Shown: positions 1 through 7,639, counted from the first letter of the stretch. The stretch is DNA of 20,000 bases from an uncultured virus (IMG/VR IMGVR_UViG_3300009993_000002) (IMGVR_UViG_3300009993_000002); one strand, 5' to 3'. Notes: generated from the sequence alone by a model not told the origin. Translations and numbers: made by a program.

Positions 1-158
1 TGCACCCTCCCCGCTTCCGCGAGCTTGATTCGCAGGTAGGCGACGGCTCCGGGCCGCGCCATGGCTTCTTCCGTGGTGTGAGGGGTTTCCGACTCCGCTT
101 CCGCCAGAAGCTCTCGGATCACCCGAACCCTCGCGGGGTCATATTCTCTGCTGGCCAT
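1..158 (-). CDS. Hypothetical protein, 5' part only (MASREYDPARVRVIRELLAEAE...), runs off the left edge
   Basis: Manual translation; ATG at 158 preceded by AAAGGA; no stop before the window edge; same strand as the upstream operon. Confidence 0.6.
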   Translation of the reverse strand, partial: MASREYDPARVRVIRELLAEAESETPHTTEEAMARPGAVAYLRIKLAEAGRV

Positions 159-199
159 GGCGGTCCTTTCTGTGGGGCGCCAAGCCTATTTCCAGTCGG

Positions 200-400
200 T
201 CAGTTCAGCATCTCCACGATCGCCCTGACCGCCCCGAGCAGGACTTCTCCCGTCCTGGTGCCAATCAGGAGGAGGCCGAGGACCAGCGCCAGAACTGCGG
301 TTACCTGAACGCTTGTTGCACTGGACGGCCCCCCGGAAGGGCGGAGCCGGAAGAACAGGATGACAGCGAGCAGAACTGCGAGATCGACATGGATGCTCAT
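200..400 (-). CDS. Small two-TM membrane protein (66 aa)
   Basis: Two hydrophobic stretches (DLAVLLAVILFFRL; VTAVLALVLGLLLIG); GGAGGGG RBS upstream of ATG. Confidence 0.7.
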   Translation of the reverse strand: MSIHVDLAVLLAVILFFRLRPSGGPSSATSVQVTAVLALVLGLLLIGTRTGEVLLGAVRAIVEMLN

Positions 401-415
401 GCCCCCTCCATGGGG

Positions 416-643
416 CTACCTCGTGAAGACCACCTTCGCCCAGGCGGGCGAAAGGCAGTGGGACGGGTGATTGAAAGCGATGCCGCAGGCGGTACACAGG
501 CGTACGCCGATGAACCAGTGCGGCACCTGCGGGAGCCGGGTGTCGGCCGACTCGCGGTGCGCCGCCTCGGGCTGACCGCAGTTCGGGAAGAGGCAGCGCC
601 GCTCACCCCGGAACACGTGATCGCCAATGAGGGTCAGTGCCAC
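416..643 (-). CDS. Small Cys/His-rich protein, possibly zinc-binding (75 aa)
   Basis: CxxxxC...H and CxxC...HxxHC patterns; GGAGG RBS; overlaps the end of the upstream gene. Confidence 0.6.
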   Translation of the reverse strand: MALTLIGDHVFRGERRCLFPNCGQPEAAHRESADTRLPQVPHWFIGVRLCTACGIAFNHPSHCLSPAWAKVVFTR

Positions 644-1119
644 CTGCGACGCACCTCCTGAAGTGCCTCCACCAGCTCGGGCGAGAGAAACATCATCCGA
701 AGGTGGCGCTCACACCGCTCCGTCGTCTCGATGCCGGTGATTCCGGAACGAAGGGCAACGAGGAAGGGGGCGGGCTCCCCGCAGACCTGCGACAGGTTGG
801 GTCCGAAGGCTTCCGCGCAGGTGCCTGAGGTGTCCCACTTCTTCGGGACCCACTGGGTGACGAAGGTTCCCCGGGGGAACACCTCTTCGCCCTTGACGTC
901 CAGCTCGTCGAACCAGGTGTCGACGTGCACCTCGGAGGTGTTCGGCTCCAGGTAGGAGACCTTCCAGTACCGGTTGTCGTCCTGGATGACGGCCGACCAG
1001 AGCGATCCGTACTCCTGGTGCTCGACGAACTGGCGGTGCACCACCTTGTCGCTCATGCCGGTGACGGCGATGTGGTGGCGCTCCAGCCACTCGACCGGGA
1101 AGGAGCGGGTGGCGCTCAC
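634..1119 (-). CDS. Hypothetical protein (161 aa, MSATRSFPVEW...) with C-terminal Cys motifs
   Basis: True start is likely the GTG at 1119, in a GTGA overlap with the stop of 1116..1355. The longer ORF-track N-terminus is low-complexity and overlaps another gene. Confidence 0.7.
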   Translation of the reverse strand: MSATRSFPVEWLERHHIAVTGMSDKVVHRQFVEHQEYGSLWSAVIQDDNRYWKVSYLEPNTSEVHVDTWFDELDVKGEEVFPRGTFVTQWVPKKWDTSGTCAEAFGPNLSQVCGEPAPFLVALRSGITGIETTERCERHLRMMFLSPELVEALQEVRRRWH

Positions 1120-1355
1120 TTCTTGCGCTCCGGCAGCACCTCGGCGACGACCAGCGCGGCGCGATTGACGCCCCGGCGGATCGGACCGACCTTCATGGCC
1201 CCGATGCCCACGGCGGTCAGGGCGACAGCCGTCGCGGCACCCAGCGTCGGATCGCCGGTCACGCCAGATGCCACAGCACCCAGCGCCGTGGACACGCCGA
1301 TCGCCGTCACGTCGTGAATCACGAGGTGTTCGTCGGCGCCCTCGATGCCCTTCAT
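1116..1355 (-). CDS. Small membrane protein (79 aa)
   Basis: Two Gly/Ala/Val-rich hydrophobic segments; 4-bp start/stop overlaps with both neighbours. Confidence 0.7.
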   Translation of the reverse strand: MKGIEGADEHLVIHDVTAIGVSTALGAVASGVTGDPTLGAATAVALTAVGIGAMKVGPIRRGVNRAALVVAEVLPERKK

Positions 1356-1543
1356 GGCTTTTCTTCCCTTCCGTTCGCGATCCGCTCGATCGCCTCATGC
1401 AGCTTCGGTGATGTGGAGTAGACGACCAGGTAGGCCATCATGAAAAGAACGAATGCGGCGGCACCGAAAAGAATGGCCAGCACGAATGCGACGGCCACGC
1501 TCGGCAGGATTGCGATCACGATGTATCGCACCTGATTTTTCAC
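1352..1543 (-). CDS. Small membrane protein (63 aa, MKNQVRYIVIAILPSV...)
   Basis: GTG at 1543 in a GTGA overlap with the upstream stop; about 35 hydrophobic residues followed by a charged tail. Confidence 0.7.
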   Translation of the reverse strand: MKNQVRYIVIAILPSVAVAFVLAILFGAAAFVLFMMAYLVVYSTSPKLHEAIERIANGREEKP

Positions 1544-1689
1544 CGACGCCCCCATATCGTTCGAGAGGATCCGAGAATCACCATCAGGCAGGCAATCGCC
1601 CAGATCATCGAACAGAGAAAGCCCATTTCCTCGTTGATGAGGAGTGCAGGGAGCAGCACGAAGAGCCATCTCGCCAGGTACAGATTCAC
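1540..1689 (-). CDS. Small membrane protein not in the ORF track (49 aa, MNLYLARWLFVLLPALLINEEMGFLCSMIWAIACLMVILGSSRTIWGRR)
   Basis: Manual translation; exactly fills the gap with GTGA overlaps at both ends; two hydrophobic segments. Confidence 0.7.
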   Translation of the reverse strand: MNLYLARWLFVLLPALLINEEMGFLCSMIWAIACLMVILGSSRTIWGRR

Positions 1690-2003
1690 TGCTCGACTGT
1701 TCCCTCCGGGCTGAAGAGCGCGCCCTGATCCTGGTGGCCACCCGGGGGCTTGCCGCCGTTTTCGATGAGGGCCCAGTGCGCCGCAGGATCACTCAGGCTG
1801 AGCCGGTGGGCCAGCCACTCGCGGAGCAGCGGAAGCTGCTCCTGTGACCAGCCGAGCGTTTCGTTACGGCCCTTCTTGTCGTGCACGACGTGTACGACCG
1901 GCATCGGGAAAGCCCCGAAGGGGCGGTCGACCCAGTTCGTAACCGTCTGCGGTGTGACGCCCAGGTGCTTGGCCACGTAGATCTGGCTGTACAGCTTCTC
2001 CAC
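1686..2003 (-). CDS. Helix-turn-helix DNA-binding protein (excisionase/AlpA/MerR-like fold), 105 aa
   Basis: YSQIYVAKHLGVTPQTVTNW..R...FPMP matches the xis/AlpA-like HTH pattern; strong RBS AAAGGAGAGG before GTG. Confidence 0.8.
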   Translation of the reverse strand: MEKLYSQIYVAKHLGVTPQTVTNWVDRPFGAFPMPVVHVVHDKKGRNETLGWSQEQLPLLREWLAHRLSLSDPAAHWALIENGGKPPGGHQDQGALFSPEGTVEQ

Positions 2004-2017
2004 GTTCCTCTCCTTTC

Positions 2018-2048
2018 GGCCTAGGCCAGCTTACCACAAACCTAGGCC
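2018..2048 (-). promoter_or_regulatory. Promoter/operator of the HTH operon: extended -10 (TG-g-TAAGCT) flanked by two CCTAGGCC boxes
   Basis: CCTAGGCC at 2020-2027 (within the perfect palindrome GGCCTAGGCC) and 2041-2048; -10 at 2028-2033. Confidence 0.55.
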
Positions 2049-2056
2049 GCTACGCC

Positions 2057-2455
2057 TCAACCCTGTTGAGATTGAGGCAAGTTGGGGTGACGCGCCTCCA
2101 GGAGGTCGGCCACCTCGTTGAGCGTGTCGACCGAGTACGGTTCGAGACCGTCCTTGCCGTGGCCGACCAAGCGCGCCTCGATGCCCAGATCCCGCAGCCG
2201 GGCCTTCGCCAGGGTTCGCCGCCGCTCTTCGGCCACCTCGGTCTTCGTCTTGAAGTAGAGGGTGTAAGCGCCCTGGAGGGCGTGCCGGGTTTCCCTGCTG
2301 AAGGGGACCGGCTTGAATCCGTACGGCGACCCGATGAAGACCCGCTTCGTGCCGATCTCCGTGATCGGGCACTCCTTCTGAGAGTTGCCGTCGAAGAGGA
2401 TCACCGTGCTGCCGACCGTAAGGACTTCCCCGCCGGTCTCAAAACTGCGTGCCAC
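2057..2455 (-). CDS. Hypothetical phage-type protein (132 aa)
   Basis: Normal amino-acid composition, AAAGGAAG RBS before GTG, fits gene packing. Confidence 0.75.
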   Translation of the reverse strand: MARSFETGGEVLTVGSTVILFDGNSQKECPITEIGTKRVFIGSPYGFKPVPFSRETRHALQGAYTLYFKTKTEVAEERRRTLAKARLRDLGIEARLVGHGKDGLEPYSVDTLNEVADLLEARHPNLPQSQQG

Positions 2456-2472
2456 TTGCTTCCTTTCCGGAT

Positions 2473-2499
2473 GCGGGGCGGCCCTCCGGCCGCCCCGGC
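2473..2499 (-). terminator. GC-rich hairpin after the ATP-grasp gene
   Basis: GGGGCGGCC / GGCCGCCCC inverted repeat; no U tract. Confidence 0.4.
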
Positions 2500-2509
2500 T
2501 GCTGTCCGA

Positions 2510-3532
2510 TCAGCCCTCGATGACCGTGTCGATCACATAGAGGGACTTCGAGGTGTTGGGCCGGACCTCGCGCACGGGCTTGCCCGTCGCGAGCCGAACC
2601 GCCTCCCACGCCATGTTCACACCCGTCTTCCAGCAGTGGAACAGGCCGTCCGAGCCGCGCGGGTTGACCTCCAGCAGGACGGGCTGGCCGTCGAGCATGC
2701 GGGTCTGCACGTTGCACAGGTACAGGATGTCGAGCTTCGTCGCCATCGCGCGGGCGATGTGGTGGATCTGCTCGTCGTCGGAGAAGGTGCGCGCGTACTT
2801 GCCCTTGATTCGGGCGATGGTGGTGACCACCTCGCCGGTCGGGGCGCGCAGCACGTCCACGCTGGCCTCCGGCTCGTCCATGACGGGGGCCACGATCAGG
2901 GGAGGCAGTTTTTCGCCCTCGGCCTCCATCGCGATCAGGGCCTGCTCGTAGTCGTCCACCTGCACCGTGCGCCGGGGCGAGACGAAGAGGTCGGCCGGAC
3001 CGGGCCGGTTGCGCTTCAGCACGCGGAAGCCGTCGGCCGCCCAGCCCGTGTCGGGCTTCACGCAGACCTCGCGGCCGTCGGCCTCGATGGTCTCGAACGC
3101 CTCACGGAAGGCGGCGGAGTCTGTCACCTGGAAGTGCTGCGGGACGAACAGCCCGGCCTCCTTGGCGGCGGCGTACGTGGCCGTCTTGGAGTCGGCGATG
3201 GCCGCACCTGTCACGCTCGGCTGGGACAGCAGGGTCACGCCCAGGGCCTCGAACTCGTGCTGGTAGGTAGCCAGCACGTGGAACCGGTCGGACGGGATGA
3301 GGATGTCGATGCCGTTGGCCTGCGCGAAGTGCAGCGCCCACTCGGCGTAGTCCTCGTCGCTCACATCACGGTCCGGCTCGGTTCCGGCGATGTCGGCCTT
3401 GGCGAGCGCGGGTCCCATCTGCGGGTGGGTGGCGTAGACGGTGACCTGCTCACCGTCGGGGTTGTCGTGCAGCATGTCGACCAGGTGCGCCTTGTAGGTG
3501 CGGGCCCGGTTGATCCATACGCGTACGCTCAC
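2510..3532 (-). CDS. ATP-grasp protein, resembling the Ter-associated ATP-grasp family (340 aa)
   Basis: VCVKPDTGWAADGFRVL, E.SVDVL and NVQ..MLDGQPVLLEVNPRGSDG motifs; N-terminal RVWINR; GTG at 3532 follows AAAGGAGA. Confidence 0.85.
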   Translation of the reverse strand: MSVRVWINRARTYKAHLVDMLHDNPDGEQVTVYATHPQMGPALAKADIAGTEPDRDVSDEDYAEWALHFAQANGIDILIPSDRFHVLATYQHEFEALGVTLLSQPSVTGAAIADSKTATYAAAKEAGLFVPQHFQVTDSAAFREAFETIEADGREVCVKPDTGWAADGFRVLKRNRPGPADLFVSPRRTVQVDDYEQALIAMEAEGEKLPPLIVAPVMDEPEASVDVLRAPTGEVVTTIARIKGKYARTFSDDEQIHHIARAMATKLDILYLCNVQTRMLDGQPVLLEVNPRGSDGLFHCWKTGVNMAWEAVRLATGKPVREVRPNTSKSLYVIDTVIEG

Positions 3533-3564
3533 GTCTTCTCCTTTTCCGTTTCTCAACATACCCA

Positions 3565-3602
3565 ATATTAGCGGAAGTTGAGGGCTGTAAGCAACCTAGG
3601 CC
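3565..3602 (-). promoter_or_regulatory. Sigma70/HrdB-like promoter TTGCTT-N18-TAATAT with an adjacent CCTAGGCC box
   Basis: -35 at 3589-3594, -10 at 3565-3570, box at 3595-3602. Confidence 0.6.
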
Positions 3603-3613
3603 ACTTACGGGAA

Positions 3614-3641
3614 GAGCCCCCTCCGGAATCAGAGGGGGCTC
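3614..3641 (-). terminator. Probable terminator downstream of the TROVE gene
   Basis: GAGCCCCCTC-N8-GAGGGGGCTC perfect 10-bp stem. Confidence 0.6.
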
Positions 3642-3678
3642 AAGGGGCGCACGCAGGGTCAGATCGTGCGCCCGGCCG

Positions 3679-5307
3679 TCAGACCATCCACGGCCACGGA
3701 GCGTTCTTGCGGTTCTCCACCAGCTCGACCAGGCCGAAGCTGGCATCCGACAGGCCGCCGAAGGTGTGCCGGTTCGGGCTGCGGTTGTCCAGGATCGAGG
3801 CGGAGTAGCCCGCCATGTTCCAGACGTAGACCGGGACGTCCTGCGGGATCAGGTCGTCGATCTTGACCTCCTCCTGGCGCCCCCACCGGTAGGTGCCGTC
3901 GTGCTTGACGAAGTAGCCCGGCTTCGACTGCTCGTCGGTGACGATCACGACGCGGGTGTGGCTGCGCGTGAGGTTGTCACGCACGGCCGCCGGGATGTCC
4001 GTGTAGTTGATCGCGTCCCCGAAGGAGTCGGTGACCTTCAGCACGCTGGAACCGCGCGGGACCGCGACCCTCCTGGAGGTGCCGCCGAATGCCACGAGCG
4101 TGGCACCCTGCGCCTTCACTGCGAGGGAGGTGCCGAACAGCGCCGCCTGGTCGGCCAGCGTGATCTCACCCTTGTGCGGGGTCGAGAACGAGTGGTTCGG
4201 GAACATGCTCGGGCTGCGGTCCACCAGGATCAGCGTCTCGCCGGAAAGCGACGGGACCAGCTCCAGGGAACCGGCCAGGCCGCGCTCCAGCACGTGACCC
4301 CAGCGCAGCGACGGCGCCATGCGGTAGGCCAGCAGGAACTGGTACGGGAAGACCCGCGCCCGGCGCACCCGCTCGCCGTCCGAGAGGACGGCTGCCACCC
4401 GGTCGGCCGCCTGGTCGGAGATCCCGTTCTCGTCGAAGTTGCGGAGGTTCTTCAGCAGCGCGTGCGGCGCCATGATGTGCGTCGCCGCCTCCCACAGCAG
4501 CTTCTTGTCGACCTTGCTGCCCAGCTCCGACAGCACGTCCTCCCACGACAGACCGGCCGCCTTGATGAAGTCCCGCTGGAGCAGGGCCGGGTCGGTCGGG
4601 CTGGACGCGGCGAGTGCACGCCACCTCTTCAGCTCGGCCGTCATCGTCAGGTTCTCGGTCCGGCGCCCGGGACGCTTGTGGCGCCGGTCGATGATGAAAC
4701 GGAACAGGTCCGACTGCGCGGAGTCCTTCGGCTTCGGGTGGACGATCTCGATGACGTCGGCGAACCGGTAGGCCCGGCGGTCGGAATCCCACTTGCCGTA
4801 CGTGAACTCGTTGTAGAGGCGCACGACGGCACGCGCGATGCCCTGCCGGACCGGCATGTAGCGCTTCGGCCACGCCTTGCCCGCGATCGAGAACCAGTAG
4901 CTCAGGAACTCGCCCGGCTCGTCGGCGCGCTGAAGCACCCCGTCGACCATGTCCTCGACGTGCTCGTACCGGTGCTGGTCGCACAGCGCCTTCGCCACCT
5001 CGGCCGCGCCGAGCGCGGAGGCCGTGCGCATGTAGCCGTCCTTGCGCAGCCACGGCAGCATGTGCGTGACGTGGTACTGCTCCAGCAGGGCGGTGCCGCG
5101 AAGGAGGTCCACGTAGCGCTCGTTGCGCGGGTCGGCGCCCTCGTGGAACATCTCGGCGGTCACGAGGTTGGACACCGAGAGCAGGTAGAGGTCCGACAGC
5201 GGGTTCCGACCGAAGCCGGATGCACCGAGGGCGGTCGTCGCCGGGCCGGTCGTGCTGACCGGGGACGTGACGCGCGGGCGGACCGTGCGCTTGTTGAAGG
5301 TGGCCAT
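3679..5307 (-). CDS. rsr: Ro60/Rsr ortholog: TROVE domain plus C-terminal vWA domain (542 aa)
   Basis: MATFN start, F(H)E...RNER, LR....MRTAS, LQRADEPGEFLSYW, KWD....YRFADVIEIVHPKP, ALLKNLRNF, FPYQFLLAY, LILVDRSPSM (MIDAS), VIVTDEQS, WNMAGY, GGLSDA; ATG at 5307 with GAGGAG RBS. Confidence 0.93.
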   Translation of the reverse strand: MATFNKRTVRPRVTSPVSTTGPATTALGASGFGRNPLSDLYLLSVSNLVTAEMFHEGADPRNERYVDLLRGTALLEQYHVTHMLPWLRKDGYMRTASALGAAEVAKALCDQHRYEHVEDMVDGVLQRADEPGEFLSYWFSIAGKAWPKRYMPVRQGIARAVVRLYNEFTYGKWDSDRRAYRFADVIEIVHPKPKDSAQSDLFRFIIDRRHKRPGRRTENLTMTAELKRWRALAASSPTDPALLQRDFIKAAGLSWEDVLSELGSKVDKKLLWEAATHIMAPHALLKNLRNFDENGISDQAADRVAAVLSDGERVRRARVFPYQFLLAYRMAPSLRWGHVLERGLAGSLELVPSLSGETLILVDRSPSMFPNHSFSTPHKGEITLADQAALFGTSLAVKAQGATLVAFGGTSRRVAVPRGSSVLKVTDSFGDAINYTDIPAAVRDNLTRSHTRVVIVTDEQSKPGYFVKHDGTYRWGRQEEVKIDDLIPQDVPVYVWNMAGYSASILDNRSPNRHTFGGLSDASFGLVELVENRKNAPWPWMV

Positions 5308-5325
5308 GACCGTTCTCCTCTCCGA

Positions 5326-5367
5326 GAAAACGCGAAACCCCCTCTTCCCAAAACGGGAGAGGGGGCG
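5326..5367 (-). terminator. Intrinsic terminator between the Y-RNA array and rsr
   Basis: Minus strand CCCCCUCUCCC-GUUUU-GGGAAGAGGGGG followed by UUUCGCGUUUU. Confidence 0.65.
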
Positions 5368-5375
5368 CATGTCAA

Positions 5376-5557
5376 TGTGTGGATGGGGTGCCCGGCCAAC
5401 AAGTAGACGCCGGTGGTTCTTTCGAACCTTCCTCGACCAACGCTCTGCCAATTGAGCTACCTACGAGCAAGCTCGCAAGTCAGGACTCGAACCTGAAACA
5501 TTTGGTTCCACTGTGAAGTAACCGTCGCCAAAACGCTCCGGACACCTCAACCACACA
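5376..5557 (-). ncRNA. yrlA: YrlA-type Y RNA with a circularly permuted tRNA-like domain
   Basis: Minus strand order: closing stem GGUGUCCGG/CCGGGCACC, GGCGACGGUUACUUC, ACCAA, T arm UCAGG-UUCGAGU-CCUGA, loop-closed acceptor stem CUUGCGAGC-UU-GCUCGUAGG, D arm GCUC-AAUUGGCA-GAGC, UUGGU. It lies immediately upstream of rsr. Ends are approximate. Confidence 0.88.
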
Positions 5558-5565
5558 CTGAGCTA

Positions 5566-5692
5566 ACGGAAAACGCAGAGAGCCACCGGCCAACAAAGTG
5601 GGCCCCGGTGCCGGAGCTAACCGGCTGTTTCCTTTTTGCAGAAAGAAGTAACCGTTGCCCTAAACGCTCCGGTGGCTTTCTGCGTTTTCCGT
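5566..5692 (-). ncRNA. Second Y-RNA-like unit, no tRNA domain, with a long terminal stem
   Basis: Shares CCGGAGCG / CGGUUACUUC / ACCG / GUUGGCCGG with the YrlA; 24-bp terminal inverted repeat (5566-5589 vs 5669-5692, one mismatch); internal hairpin GCCGG-UUAGCU-CCGGC. Confidence 0.75.
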
Positions 5693-5694
5693 CA

Positions 5695-5773
5695 TGCGCC
5701 CCGGCCAACTAGGTGGCGCCCGGTTTGCTCTTCCCAAATGAAGTAACCGTTCGCCGGAACGCTCCGGGGTGCA
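5695..5773 (-). ncRNA. Third, minimal Y-RNA-like unit (about 79 nt)
   Basis: GCACCCCGGAGCGUUCCGGCGAACGGUUACUUC...ACCGGGCGCCACCUAGUUGGCCGGGGCGC; contains GGCGAACG, matching the GNCGAAN(0-1)G bacterial Y-RNA consensus. Confidence 0.75.
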
Positions 5774-5779
5774 GGAAAA

Positions 5780-5809
5780 ACATTACGCAATCCTGCGAGG
5801 GGATCGCAA
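5780..5809 (-). promoter_or_regulatory. Promoter TTGCGA-N18-TAATGT driving the Y-RNA array
   Basis: -35 at 5804-5809, -10 at 5780-5785; the predicted start (about 5773) coincides with the 5' end of the first Y-RNA unit. Confidence 0.65.
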
Positions 5810-5815
5810 GCCCAT

Positions 5816-6295
5816 TTACCCCTCGCCTGGTGCCAGGATCCAGGACGGGTTGGCCTGCTTGGGCGTGAGCCCCAGCGCCTTGAGGGCGTCCAGCAGGGGC
5901 TTGTGGCTGGCCGAGTGTGTGCCCGGGGCGATGGCCTTGGGGGTGTAGTCGTCGGCGTAGTAGATGGTGCCCGCCAGTGCGATGCCGTAGTGCATGATGC
6001 CGCTCACCAGCGACCCGTGCTCGACGACCTGCACACCGCACCGCTCGGCAAGTGCCTCGTCCAGCTTCCTGGTCGGCACGTCGGCCGCCTCGACGCCCAT
6101 GCCGAGGAAGATGGCGATGCGCATCTGGTCCGCGCTCACGCCGTCCTCGTCCTCGTCCTCGTCGCTGGGCATCTCCAGCCAGGGGAGACCGGCACCTTCA
6201 AGGTCGCCGTACTCGTCGGCCTCGGCCACCTCCCAGCCGCCGTCGTCGGGGCAGCCAAGATGGAAGCCGTAGTACAGGGTTGCATTGGGCGACAT
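5816..6295 (-). CDS. Acidic hypothetical protein (159 aa, MSPNATLYYGFHLG...)
   Basis: ATG at 6295 with GAGGAGAAAGG RBS; Asp/Glu-rich tract DEDEDED. Confidence 0.75.
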   Translation of the reverse strand: MSPNATLYYGFHLGCPDDGGWEVAEADEYGDLEGAGLPWLEMPSDEDEDEDGVSADQMRIAIFLGMGVEAADVPTRKLDEALAERCGVQVVEHGSLVSGIMHYGIALAGTIYYADDYTPKAIAPGTHSASHKPLLDALKALGLTPKQANPSWILAPGEG

Positions 6296-6317
6296 GTCGA
6301 CCTTTCTCCTCAACAGG

Positions 6318-6345
6318 GAGGGGGCCCCAGGCGTGGGGCCCCCTC
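6318..6345 (-). terminator. GC-rich hairpin, possible terminator or processing site
   Basis: GAGGGGGCCCCA / TGGGGCCCCCTC inverted repeat in the intergenic gap. Confidence 0.55.
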
Positions 6346-6355
6346 GGATCGGCGT

Positions 6356-6550
6356 TCAGGGAGTGACGTCGTTCCCGGCGGCCGAGCTGTTCTCGGCCCG
6401 CACCGTCTCGGCGACGACCGTCTTCACGTCGACTCCGTACCCCTCGGCGATACCGGCCAGGGCGCCAGCGACGCGCTCGCTGGTGTGCTGATCGAGTTCC
6501 GGGTGCGCCTGCCCGACCTGCGTGACAGGCCGTTCGTCGCGCCCGCTCAC
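6356..6550 (-). CDS. Small hypothetical protein (64 aa)
   Basis: GTGA overlap with the vWA gene stop; plausible composition. Confidence 0.6.
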   Translation of the reverse strand: MSGRDERPVTQVGQAHPELDQHTSERVAGALAGIAEGYGVDVKTVVAETVRAENSSAAGNDVTP

Positions 6551-7302
6551 TGGACGATGCCCTTCCGCCGGGCCTCGGTGAGCCAGCTCGGGAACTCGTT
6601 CATGAGCCGGTTGTACAGCTCGGCATCGCGCATCGCGGTCGGATCCTGGCCGACGGCGAAGAAGTCCGAGTTGTCGATCGGACGGTACTGCGGGACCGGG
6701 ATGTCGTCGAGGCGCTGGAGGAAGCCCAGGCCCTCGTCGTCGTTGTAGTCGTACACGCGGTCCTCTCCGAAGCCGACGAACTGCCAGAAGATCGGCAGGT
6801 TCGCGTACTGGCAGATGCGGTTGGCCGCCGCCTTGCGGTCGCCTGGGGATCCGTCGGTCTGGAAGACGACGAGGCCGGGGACCGTCTTGCCGCTGGCCTG
6901 GTAGTGCTGCACGACAGCATCCATGGCCACGGCGTAGTCCGTGCCGCCCATGCTGATGTTGCCGCCGAGCTTGTGGTGAGCCTTGGCGATCTTGCCCTGG
7001 TAGTCCGTCAGGGACAGCTCGTCCATGCCCTTCAGCTCGTGGTCGAAGAAGACGACCGGCACCTTGCCGTCGTCGTCGAAGAGCGGGGCCATGCCCAGGA
7101 TGCGCTCCGAGAAGTACTGAACGGCACCACCGCTGTAGTAGCTCCGGCCCGGCCAGTCCATCGAGCCCGAGCGATCGAGCACCAGGTACACAGCCGCTCG
7201 CTCACCCTCCAGACCGTGCTGATTGGCGGCGAAGCTCGCCTTCTGGAAGGGCTTCTCCAGACCGGGAGCGACTTCACGGATCTTCTCTATCGTGTATCCC
7301 AC
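6547..7302 (-). CDS. vWA-domain protein, TerF-C-terminal-like family (251 aa)
   Basis: AAVYLVLDRSGSM (MIDAS DxSxS), FDDDG.VPVVFF, MGGTDY..AM, VVFQTDG, LPIFWQFVGFG, FLQRLDD...R.IDNSDFF, LYNRLMNEFPSWL. Confidence 0.88.
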   Translation of the reverse strand: MGYTIEKIREVAPGLEKPFQKASFAANQHGLEGERAAVYLVLDRSGSMDWPGRSYYSGGAVQYFSERILGMAPLFDDDGKVPVVFFDHELKGMDELSLTDYQGKIAKAHHKLGGNISMGGTDYAVAMDAVVQHYQASGKTVPGLVVFQTDGSPGDRKAAANRICQYANLPIFWQFVGFGEDRVYDYNDDEGLGFLQRLDDIPVPQYRPIDNSDFFAVGQDPTAMRDAELYNRLMNEFPSWLTEARRKGIVQ

Positions 7303-7323
7303 GTTTTCCCTCTCCGAGGATCG

Positions 7324-7509
7324 TTACTTCTGGACGGGCTTGGGCCACTGCTCCGGCGGGACGCCGCCCATCTTCGCTTGCGGCTTCTCGGGAACTGCCG
7401 TTCGAACCAACTCGCCGGATCCGTAGTTCTTGCTCGCATGCGACTGTGTCGCTGCGGGTCCGGTGTCGACCCTCTCGGAAGCGGCATCCAACGCATCGGC
7501 GTCAGACAT
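7324..7509 (-). CDS. Small hypothetical protein (61 aa, MSDADALDAASERV...)
   Basis: ATG at 7509 with GGAAGG upstream; overlaps the stop of the upstream small ORF. Confidence 0.55.
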   Translation of the reverse strand: MSDADALDAASERVDTGPAATQSHASKNYGSGELVRTAVPEKPQAKMGGVPPEQWPKPVQK

Positions 7510-7639
7510 AAGCACCTTCCTGCCAGGCGAGCATGACTTTCTGCTCGCGGTATTCGTCCAACTCCTTGACGGAGAGGAACGTGATTCCGTCCTCCTGGAG
7601 TACAACCGGCTTGACCGGTCCCTCCGATTCCTTCTCCAT
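7502..7639 (-). CDS. Small acidic ORF not in the track (45 aa, MEKESEGPVKPVVLQEDGITFLSVKELDEYREQKVMLAWQEGAYV)
   Basis: Manual translation; fills the gap between the tRNA-like RNA and the next gene with an 8-bp overlap; RBS is weak. Confidence 0.45.
   Translation of the reverse strand: MEKESEGPVKPVVLQEDGITFLSVKELDEYREQKVMLAWQEGAYV

Noticed and set aside
2066..5406. Long plus-strand ORFs 2066..3571 and 3766..5406, and alternative-frame ORF 4166..5053
   Set aside because: Antisense or frame shadows of well-supported ATP-grasp and TROVE genes in high-GC DNA, with no recognisable motifs.
5308..5451. 48-aa N-terminal extension of the TROVE protein in the ORF track
   Set aside because: It overlaps the YrlA RNA and terminator. 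The ATG at 5307 has a good RBS and gives the typical M-x-x-F-N start.
5436..5510. Canonical tRNA gene or tRNA-derived attachment-site remnant
   Set aside because: The T arm precedes the D arm, the acceptor stem is closed by a loop and there is no anticodon loop, which is the YrlA permutation. No integrase is in the window.
5376..5773. Three repeats read as a CRISPR or mini-CRISPR array
   Set aside because: The repeats are bipartite, pair with each other around inserts of very unequal length, one insert is tRNA-like, and no cas genes are present. A Y-RNA fold beside rsr explains them.
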